This document shows positions 38,746 to 49,176 of a stretch of DNA of 64,000 nucleotides, piece by piece. How positions within the stretch are numbered: position 1 is the first letter of the stretch; each line of letters opens with the position of its first letter. The position numbers were made by a program, and so were the translations under genes. Below the pieces are notes generated by a model that saw nothing but the letters and a program-made list of their open reading frames with translations, had not been told where the DNA came from and made no database searches. The DNA is from Tubiluchus corallicola (taxonomy: Eukaryota; Animalia; Priapulida), in the NCBI GenBank assembly GCA_030141605.1, contig JAQGDQ010000433.1, forward strand, positions 124,001-188,000. Direction: 5' to 3'.

Positions 38746-39374
38746 TTAAGTGAAAGAGAATTAAATCTGTTAAAGGAAAAGACAAGTCGTTTAGTATGTT
38801 GTTTTTTGCTGTTATCACTTACAGTTAGAAAAATGTAACAAGGAAATTTGCAAAAAACTGTCTGTAAAGCATAAAGTTAATTTATACTACTCCGTAGGCC
38901 TAATTAAATTTTCAGGCATAGTGGTAGCCTCCATTCGCTTGAAAGTTATGACGTAACTGGTGGACTTCATGACTTTTTGTAAGTGCACTCTGTTAAACTA
39001 ATTCAAAACTTCTGCAGTTTACTTAATGCTTGTGTAAAATATCATAAATTTAGATATTTAATTTTTTTTGTGAAATCTTGTTATACTTTAGACGAAAATT
39101 GACAGTGTGCTGCTTTTCTACCGTTGATGAGTGACGTCATTGGTGGAAGAATAGGCGCTCAAAATCTGTTCGTCCAACCCTAACCCTAACCAAGTGATTT
39201 TGCTAATTACATGAGGCACTTATCATGCTGTTATTCGCAGCCGACAGCTAGTGTATTTTAACATCATGTTGTGAAGTTTACAGGTTACTTGCTTCTAACA
39301 TTATTGTAGTTCAAGCTTTGGCACATTTTTTGAGCAACCTGGTAGCAGCAGGTCTTCCATATCTGTCTTCATGT

Positions 39375-40160
39375 TTTATTTATTTTATTTCATTTCGTAA
39401 TCTTCAAAGTACAATACACGAGTGACAAGGCAGTTGAAAAGGACTACTACCACAGTGCAAATTAAAGTGATGATAATACTATAAGTAGAAGATTACGGTA
39501 AAAACACAATAGCTGCTTACACGTATTGCACGCGTTTGCGAAAGCGAAAATTGAAGTACAGTGCTACTGTAAGAGATTTAGTGTATTATACTAAAACTAG
39601 GCAAGTTTTGATATAAATTTGATACACATGAGCTGTCAAATGTGTGTAGTTCGTCACAAACTAACACATCTGAAATGGTACAGCACCTGTTCAGCAAAAA
39701 GAACGAAGAACAACTGGCGCGAAAGTGAAATTGGTGTGTTAATAATTTTTTTCACGTAAATCATTTTTGATTAATATAGTATGTTTCCTTTCAATAGTTT
39801 AAAGAGTAGATTGATTTGACGTACAGTTTAAGATTGCGTCCAGTTTTGCATTACGTATTATTTCTCCCTTCCTAAAACATTAGCTAATCACATTTATTTG
39901 TAAGATTTTATTATATATGTACACTTGTATATTTGGATTGAATAAATCTAATCTAATCTAAACCGTCTGTTGAAAAGGTAAAAATTTGCTAAAATCAACA
40001 TGGCATAGCAGTTTTTTAAATAATTTTCTGTTGCCAGCATTTACAGTAGGAACATCATTCACATATGATGGCAGTTTATTCCATAAACTTACAACTCTGT
40101 TGCTGAAGAAATGTTTAAAGCAGTTAAGTGAGATTTTTATCACTTGTAATTTCATATGAA
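39375..40160 (-). mobile_element. CR1-like LINE 3' fragment interrupted by a K1 fragment (about 39520..39850)
   Basis: 39960..40160 encodes FKHFFSNRVVSLWNKLP; 39375..39520 matches the 3' UTR of the copy at 52078..52660. Confidence 0.7.
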
Positions 40161-40205
40161 GGCTTCGGACACCCGAACAGCTACCGCATTTTAAAATGCA
40201 CTTAC

Positions 40206-40380
40206 CGTATTTTTCTAAATGATCCAAACAAGTGCTGACAATATGGGGAACCTTCGGGGACATCGGACAAAGACTTCTCTTGCGTTCTTTCTTTGCTGCC
40301 TCAGCCATGGCGGTCGATAATGATAATGCTTCTAATAAATCGTGATGTACGTCTGATAGAGAATCCGGCGATACATCACT
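40206..40380 (-). CDS. ARHGAP6: ARHGAP6-like exon (start of the RhoGAP domain)
   Basis: Encodes SDVSPDSLSDVHHDLLEALSLS...PKVPHIVSTCLDHLEKYG, resembling ARHGAP6 LLEALQLS...QVPRLVDSCCQHLEKHG. Acceptor gtcacag, donor TACG|gtaagt; 175 bp, phase 0 to 1. Confidence 0.93.
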
Positions 40381-40447
40381 CTGTGACATAAAAAAAGTTT
40401 TACTTATTAGACACATATCTCAATTCACTGACATGGTTAATGATTAA

Positions 40448-40994
40448 AGGAAGACAGGATAATCTTTCATATACTACCCCATTTTCAGATCCGATAAAAA
40501 GTATACATTTTAGCCAATTAATACTGCAAAAGCGTTTCTGATAAGTAAATAATAGATTAAAAACTTAATTAACGGCGGGTGAGCACAACTATTGATGACA
40601 TCACAAACTAACATATTTTTCAGCCGCAAAAATATTCCATGAGCGTCTTGCACGTGTTTGCAAAAGCAAAAATTGAAGTACAGCGCTACTGTAAGATATT
40701 CAGTGTGTTGTGCTAAAACTAGGCACGACAAGAACTAGCGCATCGGAACCGAGAGGTACTGCACCTGTTTTTTGTGTGACGAGTTTGTGAAATTCAGCCG
40801 TGAGTGCGCGTCCAACTAGAGAATGACGAAATGCATATAAAACAAAAACCTGGTGGCGCGAACATGAAATTGCGTTTGTGTGGTAATAATTCTTTCACGT
40901 AAGTCATTTTTGAAAAAAAATAGTATGTTTCCTTTCAATATTCTAAAGGCTAGATTGTTTTGACCAGTAGTTTAAGATTGGATTCGGTTTTGCT
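40448..40994 (-). mobile_element. Kolobok-like K1 copy with both ends
   Basis: TTAA|AGGAAGACAGGATAAT ... GATTCGGTTTTGCT|TTAA. Confidence 0.8.
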
Positions 40995-41137
40995 TTAACG
41001 AATTATTTAAACTCATTTTGAGAAATGTGTGATGATTAACTCAGATAATTTTATTTGTTGGCTTGGAATTTTAGATGAGGAATTCCTTCACGCCTAGATA
41101 CATATAGTAACGGCATATCCAAAGTACAAAGTATTTA

Positions 41138-41535
41138 ATTTTTTGTAAAAACGTGTAACACTTTGAAGAGATTCACGGTGTGCTGTTTTTCTTCAGTCGA
41201 CGAATGACGTCATTGGTGGAAGAACGATTAGCTATCTAATTTTTTGTAAAAACGTGTAACACCTTGACGGAAATTCACAGTGCGCTGTTTTTCTTAAGTT
41301 GACGAATGACGTCATTGGTGGAAGAATGATTAGCTATCTAATTTTTTGTAAAAACGTGTAACACTTTGACAGAAATTCACGGTGTGCTGTTTTTCTTCAG
41401 TCGACGAATGACGTCATTGGTGGCAGAATGATTAGCTATCTAATTTTTTGTAAAAACGTGTAACACTTTGACGGAAATTCACAGTGCGCTGTTTTTCTTC
41501 AGTCGACGAATGAAGTCACTGGTGGAAGAATGGGC
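41138..41535. repeat. 102-bp tandem repeat, about 4 copies
   Basis: TTTTGTAAAAACGTGTAACAC recurs at about 102-bp spacing; three units carry TGACGTCA. Confidence 0.93.
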
Positions 41536-42076
41536 GACAAAATGAAAGCACCCAAGCGTGTAACGAAGCGTGATTTATAGTGATTTTACTAATTACAAGA
41601 GGCACTTATCACACTTTTATTATTAAATTCTTTTCACATTTTCCGAGAACAATGAAGTATGTCTAACTTCCCAGAAGGCTTGGAATTTCTTTTGTAGTCT
41701 ATTAAGAAAATGTCCAACTGGCTGTTTTTCACGCGCAAACAAATGATGACAGTTGTAATCTGACAAGTCTGCTTTATTCAATTCTGTAACGCATTTGGCG
41801 TTTCTTCTGTTATAAATAATAACTGTTTGCTGCAATAATCCCTTCGTACACAAGGGCATTTCAAATCGATTCGCAGGCGAAAAATTATTAAAAGTTAATT
41901 TCCATAAAATCTCTTTTCACTATTCGTGTTCAAGCGTGCCAACAAAGCCTCCACATCCGGAATTGTGTAAAATTCGCGGTTGATTTTGTTTTTGGTAGTT
42001 TTGCTTCCCCGCTGTACTCACATATCTAATACGTCAAACTTTCGTTAAACGTACGTTAAATTATTTACTTTCGGGT

Positions 42077-42280
42077 TATTCCAAATATGCTATAACAAAA
42101 TTTACAAAACTGAGAATCAGCTCTCGTACTTTGTGTAATGAAAGAGGAAGGTACGCTAAACCTAGAAAAATCCGGGCTGAAAATCGTATATGCTCGTACT
42201 GTTTAAGAAATGAAGTCAAAGACGAATTACACTTAGTTATAAAATGCCGATATTACAATGATCTTAGAGGAAAATTCTTT
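42077..42280 (+). mobile_element. RTE-X-like LINE C-terminal fragment
   Basis: Encodes KLRISSRTLCNERGRYAKPRKIRAENRICSYCLRNEVKDELHLVIKCRYYNDLR; homologous to 31076..31280. Confidence 0.62.
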
Positions 42281-42429
42281 CACGTAAGTCGTTTTTGAAA
42301 AAATAGTTTGTTTCCTTTTAATATTTTAAAGAGTCGATTGTTTTGACATACAGCTTAAGATTGGGTCGAGTTTTGATTTAATTTATGTGTCAGCCATAAA
42401 ATGCACAGCAAAACGCACAAACATAAACG

Positions 42430-42703
42430 AACACACACACACACACACGCACGAACGCATGCACACACGCACGCACACACACGCATGTACACACACACGC
42501 ACGCAGACACACACAGACACACACACACACACGCACGAACGCATGCACACACGCACGCACACACACGCATGTACACACATACGCACGCAGACACACACAC
42601 ACACACACACGCACGCACGCACGCACACACACGCATGTACACACACACGCACGCAGACACACACACACACACACGCACGCACGCACGCACACAGACACAC
42701 ACA
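42430..42703. repeat. Complex (CA)n/(CACG)n array with higher-order duplication
   Basis: Visible directly. Confidence 0.93.
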
Positions 42704-42771
42704 GTTAAACTAACAGTATAAAATTTTGCTTTAGCTACATTTATCTAAAGAGATGGTAAGAAACTTAAAAG

Positions 42772-42960
42772 TATGAAACGCCAAAGTGGAATTTGTTGCT
42801 TATTTGTGAATATTCATGAATAAGTTATAAATGTTAATAATATAATTTCGAATATTCATAGTTCATTGTTTAATATTAATAATTTATAAAGTGATTCACT
42901 AGTATTCATAAATGATTTATTAATATTAAAACACATTAAATTCCACTTTGGCGTTCCATA
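42772..42960. mobile_element. Small foldback/MITE with 23-bp TIRs TATG(A/G)AACGCCAAAGTGGAATTT
   Basis: Ends are reverse complements with one mismatch; the AT-rich interior has repeated AATATTCAT. Confidence 0.65.
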
Positions 42961-43071
42961 TAAATGCAAGCCTACGACAAAGTACTTCTACCATTTACTT
43001 TAACGCAATTTTTTTACTTTGCATATCAGGCGGTTAACTTCGCGACTGAAACTTAATCGCTAATCGCTTAC

Positions 43072-43298
43072 ACGTGGTTTCCCCTTTCTTGAACGCATGC
43101 TGCTGGAATGCTTCTCAGACATGCACCTCTTCATTGGTTTATGATTGGAATGATTAGCTCTTTGGAAACTGCTGGCCAAGTCTAAACTTTCTCTTCTTTC
43201 TCTGACCAGTGAAGTGAGACGTTCTCGTTGTACGGAATCGTTACTAATGCACTTAGTGAGGGGAATTCCGAAGACAAAACCTGTTTCTCCAGTTTCTA
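43072..43298 (-). CDS. ARHGAP6: ARHGAP6-like exon
   Basis: Manual translation VETGETGFVFGIPLTKCISNDSVQRERLTSLVRERRESLDLASSFQR...RSRKGKPR; FGIPL..CI.ND matches ARHGAP6 FGMPLSQVIAND. Acceptor ttttag, donor CGT|gtaagc; 227 bp, phase 1 to 0. Confidence 0.9.
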
Positions 43299-43777
43299 CT
43301 AAAATAAAAAAATGATTCTGGTTGGTAATAATTAAAACCTATGATACACTAAAGCGTATCATAGGTACACTATATATATATATATGTTGGGTAGAGTTAC
43401 AGTCGTGATTTCAGTTGGTACCAGAACATTTGGTGCTACATTTACTGTCCTTAGAACACATGAAGTGGACAAATTATGTCATCAGTGCCCCTCAATCCAT
43501 GTATACCCATGTATACACACAGCTTTCTCCAGTTCACAAGGAAAGAGTTAGCCACTGGAATTGGAGGATTAACTGACCTTGCAGTGAAGATATCATAAAA
43601 AATCATTATTTGGAAGGTGCCATTTTGAGAATCCAAGATGGCGGTCAAGTTGATTTTGAAAAAAATGGAAAGATAATTTTTAGATGAAGGCAGATCCTTA
43701 GCTTTGCAAAAATGTATAGAATATTTAATCCCTAAAAATTTTTAACGAGCCTTATGATCAGTGTATTACGTACTAAT

Positions 43778-44097
43778 AGAACTCGCTAGCAAGTGAATGG
43801 TAGACACTGAATGTTGTAGAACTCGCTAGCAAGTGAAGGCTAGACACTGGATGCTGTTGAACTCGCTAGCTAGTGAAGGCTAGACACTGGATGCTGTAGA
43901 ACTCGCTAGCAAGTGAATAATAGACACTGGATACTGTAGAACTCGCTAGCAAGTGAAGGCTAGACACTGGATGCTGTAGAACTCGCTAGCAAGTGAAGGC
44001 TAGGCACTGGATGCTGTAGAACTCGCTAGCAAGTGAAGGCTAGACACTGGATGCTGTAGAACTCGCTAGCAAGTGAAGGCTAGACACTGGATGCTGG
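43778..44097. repeat. 40-bp minisatellite, 8 copies (AGAACTCGCTAGCAAGTGAAGGCTAGACACTGGATGCTGT)
   Basis: Head-to-tail units with no unique spacers. Confidence 0.96.
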
Positions 44098-45453
44098 AAG
44101 TCAAATGCCCGAGGCTTGACAGTTTGCTGTATCATACACATTATTTCAAAGTTTATTGTTAATTATTTAATGTGATTATTTTAATGTAATAAAATTGCGT
44201 ATATATAATACCAAAGATATGAGTTTATTAAAGGTTGTATAGCAAATTCTTGTTCGAATATATTTTCTTCTACTTACATCTTACGTTGGAAGATATTATT
44301 AATAATTTCTTAAGAATTCTTGTTTATAATCTACCTTTAGAACTTCTTCAAGATAGTAAGTGTTCGCGTTAGCTCTCACTATGCAGCGATTACGTTATAT
44401 TTGATAATTTTTGTAGGTTTCTGCTCCTCACGCAGTGGATTTTTGCCCAAAATTATACATGAAATGCATTTGCTTACCTCAGACAAATTAAAATCGATTT
44501 TTGATTGAAAATTGAGAAAAGCTTTCAGTAGTTGCAGTGTGTGCACTGTAATGTTGTGTGAAAACGGCTAACCCAGAAAATTTCAACTATCCAGACACAA
44601 CATCCAGATACACTTTGGTCTCAAGTCTACTCTATTTTTAAGAAGAAATTACTGTTAAAAGATGATCTTAAACGATCTTAATTTCTCGCTCTGATTGGTT
44701 GGCTTTTCCTGGAATTCTGTACAGCTTACTGTTCTCTTGGGTTGTAGCAAGCAAGCAATCAACAAAACAGGCGTACGATCACGCAGGTGCACACCTTACC
44801 AAGCTACTCAATAGGCTAAGTTGGAGTACCTAAAAATGGGATGTTCTTTTTAAATTTTATTCACTTAAATCACTCATAAATGCTCAAACAAACAGCATGA
44901 TTGGATAGCCAAGATCCTCCTGAATAGAACAGAAACTAATTTGTAATCATTTGGTTATGTCTGTGCTCATACAGTAGCAGAAAAGTCACATGTCTTATAA
45001 GACCTATTTTGAATGGTGCTGGTCCTGAAGCAGTTAAAAGGTCAGACTGTATGTTGACCAACTACTTACTGTTTAACTTGCCACTTACGTTAGAAGAATT
45101 ACTGCATCTAGTCCAAGAAATTGTTATCATTGGGAGCAATAGTGGCAAAATCACAAATTTTAATTTTAACAGTTTTGTCTGCCCCTTTTGTCAGTTCAGT
45201 TGTTTTCCTGCCTTCGTAAACTAAAATAATATCAACAGCATATTTCCAATCGGCCATTCCTGTACTTATAAATCTTGCATATGTAGGACTGATTCACACT
45301 TAGTAACTATCATTTCCCTGTTCTCAACTAAAGCATTGAAATCACACAGACCATGTGGCATTCTGTGCTCACTTCAAGGTTAGAAATCAACTCAGATTGC
45401 ACAAGTCAATTACTCTGCCATTTCCTTCATTGTTCTAAGTTTTCTCTACCTAC

Positions 45454-45561
45454 CTTTTTCCTTCTTCTCCAGTAGGTTATCTTTTATGGTTTCAAATAAT
45501 GTGGTCGTGTTGGAACGCTTCTTTAGTAGCGTACGCCGCCGATGTGGCTTTGCTACAGTTT
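45454..45561 (-). CDS. ARHGAP6: ARHGAP6-like exon (basic segment)
   Basis: Manual translation ETVAKPHRRRTLLKKRSNTTTLFETIKDNLLEKKEK. Acceptor cattgcag, donor AAAG|gtaggt; 108 bp, phase 1 to 1, bridging the flanking exons in frame. Confidence 0.82.
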
Positions 45562-46656
45562 CTGCAATGAAAGATGGCGCTGTTTAAAACCGAAACTTGA
45601 AGAACATGTATAAGATTTTATTCGCACATATTGTAACAGTGCAATTCACCAATATTTGTTAGTAATAATTTACAAGAATATCTACATTAATTAGTTCTAA
45701 TATGATACAAAATCTGACGAATTTCTTTATACGAAAAGCCAGGTAGGTGGTTTTTCCCTTCAGTAAGCCACTACAACTCACGATTATTAAGAGCAGTGTT
45801 ATTAAAATGGTCAATATTTTATGCGATAAATATCTTATTCATTCTTAGGGTTATACAAGTAGAATTCACGTTTAAAAGTGAGAGTGTTTTTAAGACCGTA
45901 CTTCTTGACCGATTTATCATGCCAACAGTTAAACGTTCTCTTAGCTATTAAAAATTCATAGGAGGAAGTTTCGTCATTGTAGAATGATAGAGTATGCACA
46001 GTATACGACGCGGTGCTTTTCGACATTCATCATTTTTACACTTTTGTCAGTTAAAAGTCGAACTGCCTCAGAATGAACACAGGGACGTATCAGGACTTTA
46101 CGACGCATTAGGCTAATAGTTCCGTCCCGCCCATCTCTTTTGTGAATTTGAGGTTATTTATGTAATGAGCAGATTAAACAATTACTTGTGGTTTATATTA
46201 GAAACACTATTAACCTAGTTTCTGCGTGGTCATTATTAACTGCATGTATTTGCATAGCGCTTATATTCAAGCAGGCTGCGCAACTGCTTACTGTGCAATA
46301 CCTTGCACCTGTTCGTTTATGGCATAGATATAAAAGCTGCCTCTGCAACTGCCTGTGGTGTGTTATAAACTGCACCTTTTTACATGAATATGAAAGTATG
46401 CACATTTTTCGAGGAGAATAAGAATTTTTTCTAAAATGTGACGCCCTTGGCTATAGCCTAGTTAGCCTATTGGTTAATACCCCCCTGAATGCAGATCAAT
46501 AAAAAATGAACAATTTAAGCAATATACGCTTGTTACTCACAGATTTGAAAAAACACAGTAATTAATTCACAGCTTTAAAGAAATGATGCATACACCTTAC
46601 TCCTTCATGTGACTGAGACAGATTATATGTAAGTTGATGGCCCAAATGGATGCTAA

Positions 46657-47124
46657 AGAAAAACAGGATAATTTATCATATCCTACCGCATTTAAAATAC
46701 GGTAAAAAGTATACATTTAAAATTGATAATAATATCAAAACATTTTTGGCAAGCAATTACAGGTTAAAAACTTAATTAATGGTAGGCGAGCGAAACTAGT
46801 GATGACCTCGTAACTGAACATAATTTTCAGCAGCAAAAACTTTCTACAAGCGCGTTTAACGTGTTTACGAAAAGAAAAATGTTACTGTCATGCTGTGCAA
46901 CATTCAGTTTGATATACAAAGACTTGGAAAATTTCAAGTTAAAATTTTAACTGTAGGTCTACTGCTGTGTTCATGCGTGAGCTCTCGAACGTGTGCACTA
47001 CGTCACAACTGAACAACTCTAAACTGAGAGCTAGTTCCCGTTTAAGCAGCGAACGGTGAAATGCATGTAACAGTGAAAAATAGCTTGCTTTGAGCTATAG
47101 TTTAAGATTTAGTCCCGTTTTCCT
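46657..47124 (-). mobile_element. Diverged Kolobok-like K1-related copy
   Basis: AGAAAAACAGGATAATTT ... AGTCCCGTTTTCCT|TTAA. Confidence 0.6.
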
Positions 47125-47669
47125 TTAAGTGCTTGAAAATAAAACCGTTATAACAAGATATTCGTATCTTCCGCATTTCGTATTATTCGCATTTTTCACA
47201 CTTCAGATTCGGTTAATGAAAGCGGTTTTTCCAAGCCAATATTCCTTCCTTACAAGTGCTGCACGATTTCTACTTTAAAAGTAAAATAGCTATTTTGACC
47301 AAATCATGAGAACCAGTCACTGGAAATGTTTTAAAGCACAAGAAAACACTCTTCACAAATGAAGCTTAAAATATTCACTCGACATTTTCTATCACTCACT
47401 TGAGTTAGCAGTAACACTGTGTAAAACCGTCAGGCACAGCCACGTAACGTTTGAAAAATAATCAAAGTATTCGCAGCACACTCTTCGCTAGCTAACCAAA
47501 GTTGAAATTACATTATCTTGTTAATAAGATTAATAATGTGTTTTGGTGAGCCAGTGATGCATACTGGGATGTCGATATAGTGGCATTGTAGCGGCGCGAA
47601 CATTTCATATTATTAAGTATTTTCTTTTCCAATAACTAAAGTCTTTCTAACAGGCAAGTATAATGGTTT

Positions 47670-47995
47670 GTAATAGTAATAGTAATAGTAATAGTAATAG
47701 TAATAGTAATAGTAATAGTAATAGTAATAGTAATAGTAATAGTAATAGTAATAGTAATAGTAATAGTAATAGTAATAGTAATAGTAATAGTAATAGTAAT
47801 AGTAATAGTAATAGTAATAGTAATAGTAATAGTAATAGTAATAGTAATAGTAATAGTAATAGTAATAGTAATAGTAATAGTAATAGTAATAGTAATAGTA
47901 ATAGTAATAGTAATAGTAATAGTAATAGTAATAGTAATAGTAATAGTAATAGTAATAGTAATAGTAATAGTAATAGTAATAGTAATAGTAATAGC
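47670..47995. repeat. (AATAGT)n hexanucleotide array
   Basis: Visible directly. Confidence 0.98.
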
Positions 47996-48272
47996 ATTAG
48001 TAATATAACTTTGTATGAAAACTTTATTAGGCCATATATTAAAATTCCCTTTTCTTCCCTTTTAGCAACTTGTGGGATCAATGTAGGGTCAATACAGCAA
48101 GTAAATGCATAGGCTGGTGAGAGACATTAATGAAATACACCAAACCAAATCAGGATAAGAAAATGACCGCTGGTCAAGATAGGGGCAAAAGCTACAGAAA
48201 CATCTTGATCTGCTATGGTTTAAGTTAAGTAATGCTAGGGCAGTTAGTGAATGATTCATTGTTTTAAATGAA

Positions 48273-48598
48273 GCGCATGCGCAGAGAAAGACCTGCTAGC
48301 CTGCATACGACAATACGACAAAAGAGTGTTGCTGTGCCATTGCCATATGACGATTGCAGTTTTTTATTGGCTATTGTTTGCCATACAAAAGACAATAGAA
48401 TTTCCGTTAGATCATGGTGCCTATTGTTGCCGTTGGCAATCTCACTATGCGCATGCGCGGCAATTAAATCTGTGCTGATTCTCGATAGTTTTATTCGCAA
48501 CCACACGGTTGGAACAAAATAATGCAATTATACACTTGCAGCACTTTTTAACTTGTTCCTAGACAGCAGTCAAAAAGTCACTCGGTCACCATAGCAAC
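48273..48598. promoter_or_regulatory. Candidate regulatory cluster: two NRF1-like GCGCATGCGC motifs and X-box-like motifs
   Basis: GCGCATGCGC at 48273 and 48449, GTTGCCGTTGGCAAT at 48426, and GTCACCATAGCAAC at 48585..48598. Confidence 0.3.
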
Positions 48599-49176
48599 GC
48601 CGTCTTTACCAATCTGAAGAATGCAACAGCGAGACAATGAACACAGCAGGCTGTACTGCCTGTTACGAACACCATTATAATCTATTGTTTCAGCTATAGG
48701 GCACGGCTTGCTGCTGCATAAATTGTACAGGTTTTTTCACAAAATATCTTTGACAAAATGTACAAAATAATGTTTTTCCAATTGGACATTTTCTTTGTTG
48801 TTTAAAGATGTTGGCCGTTTTTTTTCGAGTATTCAGATCATTTATTTGAGGAAAAGCCGCCAATGAAAATGCTTCTTGCAAAAGAACATAAAATACTTGA
48901 TAAATTTACGCAAAACACTCAAAGATCTTAACATAAAAATGCAACCATTACAAAGCTTACGAACCCGTCTTAATAGATCCGTTGGCTGTTTTTGCCAGTA
49001 AATAGTCATTGTAACAAAATGAATGAAGATTGTGTAAAAAGTGAAATTTCTCAGCGTCCAGCAAGTTAATCAGGCACAACAATGAAACTTGTAATTACAC
49101 TATTAGTAGTCGCCTGAAATTACCTAAACTACCCATTGCATAAGAAATGCTGAAGATGGTGGAGAATATTTTTATA

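Noticed and set aside
39958-40205. ORF 39958..40416 as a RhoGAP-CR1 fusion protein
   Set aside because: A canonical donor G|GTAAGT at 40205 ends the exon in the phase required by the next exon; the CR1-like residues are intronic read-through.
43385-43775. Possible Academ-like transposon end (minus-strand TAGTACG terminus, CCAAGATGGCG motifs)
   Set aside because: Only one end is visible, with no partner TIR, TSD or coding sequence, so I cannot support a call.
37138-44097. 28-bp, 40-bp and 102-bp arrays (and the 31-, 32- and 23-bp arrays elsewhere) as possible CRISPR arrays
   Set aside because: Units are head-to-tail with no unique spacers, there are no cas genes, and the context is eukaryotic introns.
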